Shown piece by piece: positions 1 through 7,690 of a stretch of DNA of 50,165 nucleotides; the stretch's first letter is position 1, and each line of letters begins with the position of its first letter. Under the pieces are notes generated by a model. The model searched no databases, was not told the origin of the DNA, and saw only the letters and a program-made list of their open reading frames with translations. The DNA is taken from positions 1 through 50,165 of the forward strand of contig JBFMBT010000002.1 of NCBI GenBank assembly GCA_040754875.1. The letters run 5' to 3'. This DNA is from Verrucomicrobiota bacterium (GTDB taxonomy: Bacteria > Verrucomicrobiota > Verrucomicrobiia > Limisphaerales > JBFMBT01). Position numbers and translations under genes: made by a program.

Positions 1-137
1 AACACGAGGGGAAACGTCCGCTCGATGAGCATCGGCACGGCGAAATCGAAGCGCAGTTGATACCCCAGCCACAAACTGCCAGCCAGAGCGGCTGAGTACG
101 ACAGCACCAGAATGATGCGGCTGGTGTTGGTGTTCAT
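1..137 (-). CDS. 5' end (runs off the window) of a CapD/PglF-type membrane-anchored polysaccharide biosynthesis protein
   Basis: ATG at 137, 17 nt after the stop of the upstream ORF. Hand translation gives MNTNTSRIILVLSYSAALAGSLWLGYQLRFDFAVPMLIERTFPLV, a hydrophobic N-terminus with the 'LRFDF..P' pattern typical of CapD/PglF/WbaP N-terminal TM modules. It is absent from the ORF track because it is truncated. Confidence 0.45.
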   Translation of the reverse strand, partial: MNTNTSRIILVLSYSAALAGSLWLGYQLRFDFAVPMLIERTFPLV

Positions 138-154
138 GCGGATGAAGAGCTGCT

Positions 155-1585
155 TCAAGACACCGCGACCTGCTGGCCGGCCCAGAAACCGGCCGGGGCG
201 GAGACGGAGTAAACTTTCAGGCCGGTCTTGCGGACCAGCTCGTTGATTTCCGCGATGCGAGCGCTCGGGGCGCCGGGCAGAGCGATGACCACTTCGTCGA
301 GCTTTTCGCGCCAGCCGTCGAGCAGGCATTCCGGCATGCCGACCACCGGCACGTCGTGGATGCACTTGCGCCATTTCTGAAAATCATCATCGAAGAAGGC
401 GACGACGGTCCGGCCCAGGTTCTTGTTGATCATCAGTTCCAGCGCCAGTTGCGCGCCGGCGCTCCCGGCCCCGATGATTCCGACCCGCACGGGCGGATGG
501 TCCGGTGGCTCTTCTTCACCCGCCGAGCGTTCCCGCCATTGTCGCAACAACGCGCGAGAACCGCTGACCAAAAGGAATGAAACCAGCGCGTCCACCAGAA
601 TGACGTTGCGCGGCGGGCCGCCCGCGCCCGCTGCCTTGAGCGCCAGCAACCCGACAACCGCCACACCGAGCGCGGCGCCGACCTGCCGCAGTTCGGGAAA
701 ACTGAAGTAGCTGAGCAATCCGTGGCATTGCTTGCGCCACATCAGGCACACCAACTGCAAACCCACCGCCAAAAACACCTCGCGCCAGTACTGCGCCGCC
801 GGCGCCGCGGGCAGGGCGAAATCATGAATCAGCCCGTAGGAAACCCAGAAGGATGCCGCCAACAGCATTCCATGATAGGCCAGTACGCCCAGCCAATACG
901 GACAAATTGTTTGCAAAATGATCCACGTGTCGCTCCAGACGTTTGCCCGCCTGGCGTATTCCCGGTTGAGCTGCAACTTCCGCGGAACGCAGTGCCGCAT
1001 GTAAAACTCCTCCACGTCGTCCGCGTTCGCCAGCAACGCCTCCTCGTCGCGAAAGCACAGCGATGCCAGATCCGTGATACCGGGTTTGAAACGCAGAATC
1101 TCGCGCTGTTCAGCAGTGTAACGCTCCACATAGCGCGGCACTTCCGGACGCGGCCCCACGAGGCTCATCTCCCCCTTCAACACATTCCAAAGCTGCGGAA
1201 ACTCATCCAGCTTCGTGTCCCGCAAAATCCGGCCAATCCATGTGACGCGCGCATCGCCGGCTTTCGTGATGGAAGGACCGACCTGCTCCGCCGCGCAAAT
1301 CATCGTGCGAAATTTGCAAATGCGGAAGGACCGCCCGCGTTGTCCAATACGAATTTGGAGGTAAAAGACCGGCCCGCCATCGGTGAGTTTTATCAGCGTC
1401 GCGATCACCAGGAACATCGGGCTGAGCAAGACCAGTCCGCCGAAGGAGAACACCATGTCGTAGCAACGTTTGGCCGCGCCGTGCCACGACCTGGCCGCAC
1501 GCGTTTCAACGACAGGAACAAACGCAGTCGTATCTGTTTTAGCCTGCATGATTCTCACAAAGGTTTTCGCCAACGACGGCGCCAA
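155..1585 (-). CDS. Initiating phosphoglycosyl (undecaprenyl-phosphate sugar) transferase, PglC/WbaP catalytic family, with an atypical C-terminal 4-TM + Rossmann-like extension
   Basis: 476-aa ORF. Residues ~40-230 carry Bac_transf-type motifs (SPMFLVIATLIKLTDGGPVFYLQIRIGQRGRSFRICKFRTM; DEFPQLWNVLKGEMSLVGPRPE). These are followed by four hydrophobic segments and VRVGIIGAGSAGAQLALEL..VAFFDDD..IHDVPVVG..LDEVVIALPGA. Confidence 0.85.
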   Translation of the reverse strand: MAPSLAKTFVRIMQAKTDTTAFVPVVETRAARSWHGAAKRCYDMVFSFGGLVLLSPMFLVIATLIKLTDGGPVFYLQIRIGQRGRSFRICKFRTMICAAEQVGPSITKAGDARVTWIGRILRDTKLDEFPQLWNVLKGEMSLVGPRPEVPRYVERYTAEQREILRFKPGITDLASLCFRDEEALLANADDVEEFYMRHCVPRKLQLNREYARRANVWSDTWIILQTICPYWLGVLAYHGMLLAASFWVSYGLIHDFALPAAPAAQYWREVFLAVGLQLVCLMWRKQCHGLLSYFSFPELRQVGAALGVAVVGLLALKAAGAGGPPRNVILVDALVSFLLVSGSRALLRQWRERSAGEEEPPDHPPVRVGIIGAGSAGAQLALELMINKNLGRTVVAFFDDDFQKWRKCIHDVPVVGMPECLLDGWREKLDEVVIALPGAPSARIAEINELVRKTGLKVYSVSAPAGFWAGQQVAVS

Positions 1586-2786
1586 CGCGGGCGCCGGGCA
1601 CCACCGCGCGCGCTCTGGCGAAGATTCGTTTCAAGGTCCCGCAGACCACCGCCACGTCCTCCTCCGTCAGGTCCGGATACAGTGGCAAGGTCACCAACTC
1701 GGGATAAATCGCGGTGGCGCAGGGAAAATCGGACGGCTCGTAGCCGAAGGATTCACGGTAATAAGGATGCAGGTGCAACGGCATCCAATGCACGCTGGTG
1801 CTGATGCCGGCCTGTTTCAGTTCGGAAATCACTTCCGCGCGGTCCACATCCAGACGATCCAGCCGCAGGCGAATAGAATAAAGATGCCACGAGTGGATGC
1901 GGTCAGGCATTTCGCGCGGCAAAATCAGTTCGTCCATCCCACCAAGCAGTTCGGAGTAAAGCCGCGCCCACTGCGTCCGTTTCTTGTGCAGCAGGTCTGC
2001 TTTGCGGAGTTGATGCAACCCGATGGCTGCCGCAATGTCCGTCAGGTTGTATTTGTAACCGGGCGCGACAATTTCGTAATACCACGAGCCTTCGGCCGTG
2101 TAGCGTTTCCACGCGTCGCGCGAGATACCGTGCAATGACATAAGCCGCATCCGGTCGGCCAGTTCCGGGGAATCCGTGCAAGCCATGCCGCCCTCACCGG
2201 TCGTGATCGCCTTGTTCGCGTAAAAAGAAAAGCAACTCACCGCGGCTTCCGCGCCCACGGTCTTCCAAGGCGAGTCACTGTCGTCCCGGTAGTAAGCCGG
2301 ACAGCAATGCGCCGCGTCCTCGATGATTTTCAAACCATGACGCCGCGCCAGCGCGACCACACCAGCCACATCTCCCATCTGCCCGCCGTAATGCACTGGA
2401 ATGATCGCGGCGACCTCCGCGCCTCGCGCGCGCGCCGCTTCGATGCGCCGGGCGGCGTCGGCGACGTCGAGGTTCAAGTCCTCCGGCCGGCAGTCGGCCA
2501 GCAACGGCGTGGCGTTGAAGTAGCGAACCACTTCCGCCGTCGCCGCGAACGTCATCGTCGGCACCACGACCGACTGGCCCGCCTTCAATCCGATTGCCTC
2601 CAGCGCCAGGTGCAGCGCGGCGGTGCAGGAATTCAGCGCCACTGCGTGCGCGTGCCCGACATAGCGCGCGAACTCGTCCTCGAACTGCTTCGCCCTCGGA
2701 CCGGTCGTCAACCAGCCGGACCGCAGGCAGTCCACCACCTCGTTGATCTCGGCTTCGCCGATGCTTGGTTTGTAGAACGGAATCAT
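1539..2786 (-). CDS. DegT/DnrJ/EryC1/StrS-family PLP-dependent sugar aminotransferase
   Basis: The track ORF is 1539..3122. I trimmed it to the ATG at 2786 (MIPFYKPSIGEAEINEVVDCLRSGWLTTGP...), which forms an ATGA overlap with the stop of the upstream methyltransferase. PLP-lysine context SFYANKAITTGEGG. The longer N-terminus would overlap the neighbouring gene. Confidence 0.9.
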   Translation of the reverse strand: MIPFYKPSIGEAEINEVVDCLRSGWLTTGPRAKQFEDEFARYVGHAHAVALNSCTAALHLALEAIGLKAGQSVVVPTMTFAATAEVVRYFNATPLLADCRPEDLNLDVADAARRIEAARARGAEVAAIIPVHYGGQMGDVAGVVALARRHGLKIIEDAAHCCPAYYRDDSDSPWKTVGAEAAVSCFSFYANKAITTGEGGMACTDSPELADRMRLMSLHGISRDAWKRYTAEGSWYYEIVAPGYKYNLTDIAAAIGLHQLRKADLLHKKRTQWARLYSELLGGMDELILPREMPDRIHSWHLYSIRLRLDRLDVDRAEVISELKQAGISTSVHWMPLHLHPYYRESFGYEPSDFPCATAIYPELVTLPLYPDLTEEDVAVVCGTLKRIFARARAVVPGARVGAVVGENLCENHAG

Positions 2787-3484
2787 GGCTTTCCCAACAC
2801 CCCCAGATAATGGCTGCGCAGAAAGGGCAACGACGCCAGGCATGGGTAGAGCAACGGGGTCAGGACCCCGAGCCGCCGCGCCAGTGGCGGCAGCAACGTA
2901 ATCGTTCGCAAGCGCGCATCGTGGCCCGAAAACAACCGGCGGATTTCTCCGCGCGCGATGCCGCGCACATGCGGGTTGAACGGATTGTTCATCCGAAAAT
3001 CGTACCAGACAACCGCGCCGCCGGGACGCAGTACACGGCTGATCTCGCGGCTGACGTTGCGCGTCATCTGCGGATCGAGAATGGAACTGAACACGGTGAA
3101 AACCGTCACCAGATCGAACCACTCGTCCTCGAACGGCAGCGACTCGGCGTTGGCCCGCTGAAAGTTAAAACGCGGATGATTCGCCTTGGCGCGGCAAATG
3201 CGCTCGGCCAGCAGGTCCACACCAAAAAGATTCTCTGGCTTCGCGCCCCAGTCTTCAAAACCGGCGAGCAACTCCCCGCCGCCGCAGCCCACGTCCAGAA
3301 TGCGCCGTTGACGCAGCGGGAAACAACCGGTGTCGCGCAGCAACTGCTCCAGCATTCGCGCGCGTTCCCGCTGCATGGCCTGATTGCCGCGGTTGGCGGG
3401 CGCCCACTTCGTCTGGCCCCAGCCGCGCTCACCGTATTCGCGGTAAACGGACTGCAACCGCTCGACCTCGGAGTGTGCTTCCAT
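2783..3484 (-). CDS. Class I SAM-dependent methyltransferase
   Basis: 233 aa. SAM motif I is ILDVGCGGGELL, with the acidic loop FGVDL. The stop overlaps the downstream start (ATGA). Confidence 0.85.
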   Translation of the reverse strand: MEAHSEVERLQSVYREYGERGWGQTKWAPANRGNQAMQRERARMLEQLLRDTGCFPLRQRRILDVGCGGGELLAGFEDWGAKPENLFGVDLLAERICRAKANHPRFNFQRANAESLPFEDEWFDLVTVFTVFSSILDPQMTRNVSREISRVLRPGGAVVWYDFRMNNPFNPHVRGIARGEIRRLFSGHDARLRTITLLPPLARRLGVLTPLLYPCLASLPFLRSHYLGVLGKP

Positions 3485-3496
3485 GTGTGCTTCTTT

Positions 3497-3525
3497 CGTC
3501 CTCGTCCTCGTCGTCCTCGTCCTCG
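3497..3525. repeat. (GAGGAC)n-type hexamer tract; the sense strand of the flanking operon reads CGAGGACGAGGACGACGAGGACGAGGACG
   Basis: Read directly from the sequence. It lies 13 nt upstream of the ATG at 3484. Related tracts are at 7444-7474, 28619-28644, 32583-32604 and 39158-39182. Confidence 0.8.
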
Positions 3526-3544
3526 ATTCCCGTGCCTGCTCCGT

Positions 3545-4612
3545 TCACGTCGAAGCCCCGCCCGGCTTCGTGCTCCGTTCCCGCGTCAACTGGACAAACG
3601 GCGTCGCGGGCGCGTTGCGAAGCAGCACCAAATCCATGATGCCGCGCAGGAATCCGTAGCCGTATCCAAAGTGAAAGCACCAGACGACGACGGGCAGGAC
3701 CGGGAACAAGACCCATCGGGTACCGGCCGCGATGATTAACGCCAGTGCCAGCGCCCCGGCGGCATAGAGCGCCGCCAGCCCGGCCACGCCAAACCAGGCT
3801 GGAAACCAGAAAAACCCCAGCACGCTCAGCAGGCAGAGACATCCAATGAACGCTCCGGGCACAACATGCCGGAATGACGCGGGCAGCCGATGCTTGCGAA
3901 TGACCAGCGCCTTCCAATAACCGTATTGCATGTGCTGGCGAAACAGCGCCTTGAGCGAGCCGCGCACGTGATACCAACTGCGAATGCGCGGTGACTGATA
4001 GATTCTTCCGCCGGCGCGGGTCAGGCGCAGATTGTGTTCGTCGTCCTGGTTGCGGACCAGGTCTTCATCGAAGCCGCCGATTCGCTCGAAAACACTCCTC
4101 TTCCAGCAGCCGTAAATCACCGTGTCCACGTAGCCTTCGTAATCAGCCCGGTGCGAGCGCGCGCCGCCGACGGCAAGGGCGGAATGAAACACGGCTTGAA
4201 TCGCTCTTTCCATGTAGGTGTCGGCCGTGGTTTGCATCGGTCCGCCCACATTATCGGCGCCGGTTTCATTCATGACCGCCAGACATTGCCGCACATAATC
4301 CGGCGCGTAGATCGTGTGCGCGTCCATCCGGACGATGATGTCGCCACGCGCGGCGCGGATGGCGGCGTTCAACCCGGTGGACACGATGCGGCCGGCGTTT
4401 TCGAGGACGCGAATCTGCGGGTGCCGCCTCGCCATCTCGTCCAGGTATTCACGCGTGCCGTCGTTGGACATGCCGTCCGCCACGATGATTTCCAGGCCGC
4501 CCTCCGGTGGCTCCTGGTTGAGGGCGGATTGCAGGCACGCCTGGATGTAGCCCTGCTCATTGCGGCAGGGCAGCACGATGGAAACCCTCGGATTGGAAAC
4601 AGATGAGATCAT
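3545..4612 (-). CDS. Family 2 glycosyltransferase with C-terminal membrane segments
   Basis: Motifs: VSIVLPCRNEQGYI, ADGMSNDGT, VRMDAH and QDDEHNLRL, followed by hydrophobic C-terminal helices. The track ORF starts at 4681, but its first ~20 codons (MKRAKARAP..) lie in repeat-like sequence. I placed the start at ATG 4612 (MISSVSNPRVSIVLP); 4633 and 4681 remain possible. Confidence 0.8.
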   Translation of the reverse strand: MISSVSNPRVSIVLPCRNEQGYIQACLQSALNQEPPEGGLEIIVADGMSNDGTREYLDEMARRHPQIRVLENAGRIVSTGLNAAIRAARGDIIVRMDAHTIYAPDYVRQCLAVMNETGADNVGGPMQTTADTYMERAIQAVFHSALAVGGARSHRADYEGYVDTVIYGCWKRSVFERIGGFDEDLVRNQDDEHNLRLTRAGGRIYQSPRIRSWYHVRGSLKALFRQHMQYGYWKALVIRKHRLPASFRHVVPGAFIGCLCLLSVLGFFWFPAWFGVAGLAALYAAGALALALIIAAGTRWVLFPVLPVVVWCFHFGYGYGFLRGIMDLVLLRNAPATPFVQLTRERSTKPGGAST

Positions 4613-4834
4613 ATCTTCTTTCTCTGTGAACATAACAACGCAGTTGGATGCGACAGGGGCGCGGGCTTTAGCCCGCTTCAACTTGATCTACTCGGCGGTG
4701 CTTGAAGTCGATTTGCGCTCACTTTTTAGGTTGGACACTGAAGCGGCGTAAACGCCGCGCTCCACTTTATCGGCTCCCGGATTGCCGTCTCCCATTCGCG
4801 TCAATTCGCGAAATTAGCGTCACATCTGACAGAA

Positions 4835-5884
4835 TCATTCCGCGCCCGCTTTTTCCCGCAACGTATCCACCACGCTTTCCGCCAGATACCGCGTGTAAAT
4901 TTCCGCGGCCCTCTTTCCCATGTGATACCCGTCCGGGAAATCCTCGGCGGTCAATGCAGCCAGCTTGCGCGCGTCGATCAGGCGGACGCCAGCCGACTGC
5001 GCCATTCCGGCCACGGCCGGATCAAGCTCGTACTCGTAAGGTGTCGGCATGGCCACGAGCACCACTTCGATTCCTTTCTCTCGCCACAATTTCAACGCCC
5101 GTTCCAACAGCGCGTAGGAATGCGCCTTGCCGCCGGTGGTCTGAAGATTGCCGGGCGCCGACTTGCGCAGCCGCGTTTTGTTCAAGTGCTGGACACTCTC
5201 CCGGTAACCCGGAATGAAGGCGTCCCCGAAGCGGACTTGGATCTCGTCCCGCACACCATACAGCCGGGACATCGACCCCATCAGAAAATCGCACTTCGCC
5301 CCCAACCCCGGCAGGTCGTGCGCAAACAGTTCGCGCACGTTCTGGCGATTGCAGAAATACGCGCCCAGGCGGCCTGGCTGGAGGCGCTCGTCCGTCAATT
5401 GGTTCAACGCGAAGCCGAGAATCAGCAGGTCCGGTTCGCGCCCCGGCTCGATGAGATTGTTCCGGACCACGTAATACCAGTCCGGCATGGTGGATTCGTC
5501 CGGCACGACCTTCGCCATCGACCCCTTGGGCACGTTCAATTCTTCGAGCGCCGAGGTCCAGGCGGCCGGGGCAACGCCGAAGCGCGTGAGCGAATTGCCC
5601 AGAAACACCACCCGCGGCGTGGGCCCGGACGACAATGCGCGCGCAATCTCGGGCAACGAGCGGATGTGCCGGACGTCATTCGACAGTTTCAATTCCGCCA
5701 GCCGAAGCGCCACATCGGCGCATAAGAGAACCAGCAAGGTCAACAACACGGCCTTGATCTCGGAGCGGATTTGAAGGGTCCCGTCCAGCGTTTTCCCGGA
5801 AGGACGCGGGAAGACGGACGCCACCGGCCGAGGCGGCCTTTCCACCACGCCCGTCGCGTCAAAATTGGAAGTAGATGAATTCAT
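4835..5884 (-). CDS. SGNH/GDSL-like membrane-anchored protein, probable O-acyl-transfer partner of the adjacent MBOAT
   Basis: 349 aa with one N-terminal TM (AVLLTLLVLLCADVAL). It has a block-I-like VVFLGNSLT and a C-terminal DGYHMG (DxxH-like). Its start overlaps the MBOAT 3' end by 26 nt. Function is inferred from context by analogy to AlgI/AlgJ and PatA/PatB. Confidence 0.55.
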   Translation of the reverse strand: MNSSTSNFDATGVVERPPRPVASVFPRPSGKTLDGTLQIRSEIKAVLLTLLVLLCADVALRLAELKLSNDVRHIRSLPEIARALSSGPTPRVVFLGNSLTRFGVAPAAWTSALEELNVPKGSMAKVVPDESTMPDWYYVVRNNLIEPGREPDLLILGFALNQLTDERLQPGRLGAYFCNRQNVRELFAHDLPGLGAKCDFLMGSMSRLYGVRDEIQVRFGDAFIPGYRESVQHLNKTRLRKSAPGNLQTTGGKAHSYALLERALKLWREKGIEVVLVAMPTPYEYELDPAVAGMAQSAGVRLIDARKLAALTAEDFPDGYHMGKRAAEIYTRYLAESVVDTLREKAGAE

Positions 5885-7442
5885 AATTCTCCGCCGGCGC
5901 GAACGTCATCAGCATGAACGCGAGATAGGCGTAAACCATCCCGCGCATGGCCCAGTGCTTCCTGGCCGGCAGAAGATCGTCATTCCGGACAAAGAGCCAG
6001 AACTCCAGCAGGAGGATGGGCAGGCCGAAAAACAGGATGCTCGAAATTCCGAACAGCGCGAGCGTGCTTCCCTGAAAATCGGTGAACATCCGGCCCAGCA
6101 TGACCAGCGCCTGGCCGACGTCTTCCGCGCGGAAAAACAACCACGCCACGCACACCAGGTGAAAGAACAGCAGCGCCAGCGGCAACCGCCATACGCCGAG
6201 CGTCGCTCCTGCCTGCATTCCCGGGCCGGATATTTCACACCCGGAGGCCTGGCGGCGGTGTAGCGCAGACTTCCAGTCTGCCGTGTCGCGGGTTTCCAAC
6301 CCGCTGCGCGCCGAATCCGCGACCCCGCGGTCGAACAGTCTGCCGATTGGAAATCGGCGATACAGCAGGTTGGAAACCTGCGCTACGATCGACCGCCGCG
6401 CAGTCAGCCGATATCCAACGAGCAGCAGCCCGTGCACCAGGCCCCACACCACGAACCCCCACGCCGCGCCGTGCCACAACCCGCCGAGCACCATCGTCAA
6501 CAGCAGGTTGCGGCAGGTGATCAGCATGCCGCCCCGGTTGCCGCCCAGCGGAATGTACAGATAATCCCGCAGCCACGAGGAGAGGCTGATGTGCCAGCGC
6601 GTCCAGAACTCGCTCGGTGTGGCCGAGAAATAGGGGAACAAAAAGTTTGGCGACAGATGAAAGCCCATCCACCGCGCCACGCCGCGGGCGATGGCCGAGT
6701 AGCCGGAAAAGTCACCGTAGATTTGCAGCGCAAAGGCATAGACCGCGATCCAGCATTCCGGCCCGCTCAACGCGCGCGGATTCTCGGCGAACAACCCGTT
6801 CACAATGATGGCCATGTTGTCCGCAATCACCACCTTCTTGAACAATCCCCAAAGAATCAGCCAAAGGCCCTCGCTGAAATCCGAGGCGCGCACCGTTCTC
6901 GGATTAACAATCTGCGGCACCAAATCAGTGGACCTCTCGATGGGGCCCGCGACCAATTGCGGAAAGAACGCCACATACAACGCGAAATCCAGCGGATCCC
7001 TCAACGGTTGCGTCCGGCCACGGTACACGTCGATCGTGTAACTCATGGTCTGGAACGTGTAGAACGAGATGCCAACGGGCAGGACGATGTCCAGCGTCGG
7101 CGCCATGAACTCCAGCCCGATTGCGCTCAGCAGATGCGTCAGCTCTTGTGCAAAGAAATTGAAGTATTTGAAAAAGCCCAGAATGCCCAAGTTGGCGCAG
7201 CAAGAGATGCCCAGTAGCACCTTTCGCGCCCGCGCATCCTTACGCTTTCCAATCTGGATCGCCGCCACATAGTCCACCAACGTCGAAATCAGAATAAGCG
7301 ACAGAAACCGCCAGTCCCACGCGCCGTAGAAAATGTAACTCGCCACCAGCAGCATCACGTTCTGCCCGCGATGCGGCAGCCGGCGATACAAAAGCAGCAC
7401 CACCCCAAAGAAGAGCCAGAAGATGTAACTGTTGAAGAGCAT
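5859..7442 (-). CDS. MBOAT-family membrane-bound O-acyltransferase (AlgI/DltB/PatA-like)
   Basis: 527 aa and polytopic. The conserved histidine context is WHISLSSWLRDYLYIPLGGNRG. There is an in-frame 43-codon repeat-derived insert (see 6258..6386). Confidence 0.9.
   Translation of the reverse strand: MLFNSYIFWLFFGVVLLLYRRLPHRGQNVMLLVASYIFYGAWDWRFLSLILISTLVDYVAAIQIGKRKDARARKVLLGISCCANLGILGFFKYFNFFAQELTHLLSAIGLEFMAPTLDIVLPVGISFYTFQTMSYTIDVYRGRTQPLRDPLDFALYVAFFPQLVAGPIERSTDLVPQIVNPRTVRASDFSEGLWLILWGLFKKVVIADNMAIIVNGLFAENPRALSGPECWIAVYAFALQIYGDFSGYSAIARGVARWMGFHLSPNFLFPYFSATPSEFWTRWHISLSSWLRDYLYIPLGGNRGGMLITCRNLLLTMVLGGLWHGAAWGFVVWGLVHGLLLVGYRLTARRSIVAQVSNLLYRRFPIGRLFDRGVADSARSGLETRDTADWKSALHRRQASGCEISGPGMQAGATLGVWRLPLALLFFHLVCVAWLFFRAEDVGQALVMLGRMFTDFQGSTLALFGISSILFFGLPILLLEFWLFVRNDDLLPARKHWAMRGMVYAYLAFMLMTFAPAENYEFIYFQF
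6258..6386. repeat. 129-bp palindromic REP/MITE-like element inserted in frame inside the MBOAT CDS
   Basis: Four perfect 17-nt hairpins: GCAGACT-TCC-AGTCTGC, GCGGGTT-TCC-AACCCGC, GCCGATT-GGA-AATCGGC and GCAGGTT-GGA-AACCTGC. There is also a central CCGCG-ACCC-CGCGG hairpin. The ends are imperfect inverted repeats (GTAGCGCAGACTTCCAGTCTGC ... GCAGGTTGGAAACCTGCGCTAC). Length is 129 nt, or 43 codons. Confidence 0.75.
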
Positions 7443-7443
7443 T

Positions 7444-7474
7444 CTCGTCGTCCTCGTCCTCGTTCTCGTCCTCG
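7444..7474. repeat. (GAGGAC)n-type hexamer tract directly abutting the MBOAT start codon
   Basis: The sense (minus) strand reads CGAGGACGAGAACGAGGACGAGGACGACGAGA-ATG, with the start at 7442. Confidence 0.8.
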
Positions 7475-7587
7475 ATTTTCCGCTTTCGATTACGAGAATG
7501 ATCGTCCCGGCTCATCCGTTCCGACCAGCCCGCAGCCGCGTGAGGGGTGGTTAAGCCAAGACACGTACACTCCCATTGCGGCATAGG

Positions 7588-7690
7588 ATTCCCCCTCTCC
7601 CCAAGGGAGAGGGCCGGGGTGAGGGGGAAGGGAGCTTCATCATATCCACGATTCCAAAATCTGGTATAACCGAGGTGAGGGGTGGTTACG
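7588..7690. repeat. REP-like palindromic repeat, family A (CCCTCTCCCCAAGGGAGAGGGCCGGGGTGAGGGGGAAGG + ~40-nt tail)
   Basis: Hairpin core CCCTCTCC-CCAA-GGGAGAGGG. Near-identical copies are at 11405-11482 and 32659-32732, with a shortened copy at 8965-9035. The terminal GAGGGGTGGTTAC contains the stop codon (7686-7688) of the deacetylase gene. Confidence 0.85.

Noticed and set aside
1539-3122. N-terminally extended versions of track ORFs: 1539..3122, 27928..28890, 30068..32071, 10055..11458, 13991..15358, 17841..19916 and 33978..36374.
   Set aside because: The extensions overlap the upstream gene or run through repeat elements. Internal starts restore canonical N-termini (MIPFYKP.., MCGIAGFF, signal peptides) and often create ATGA/GTGA coupling overlaps.
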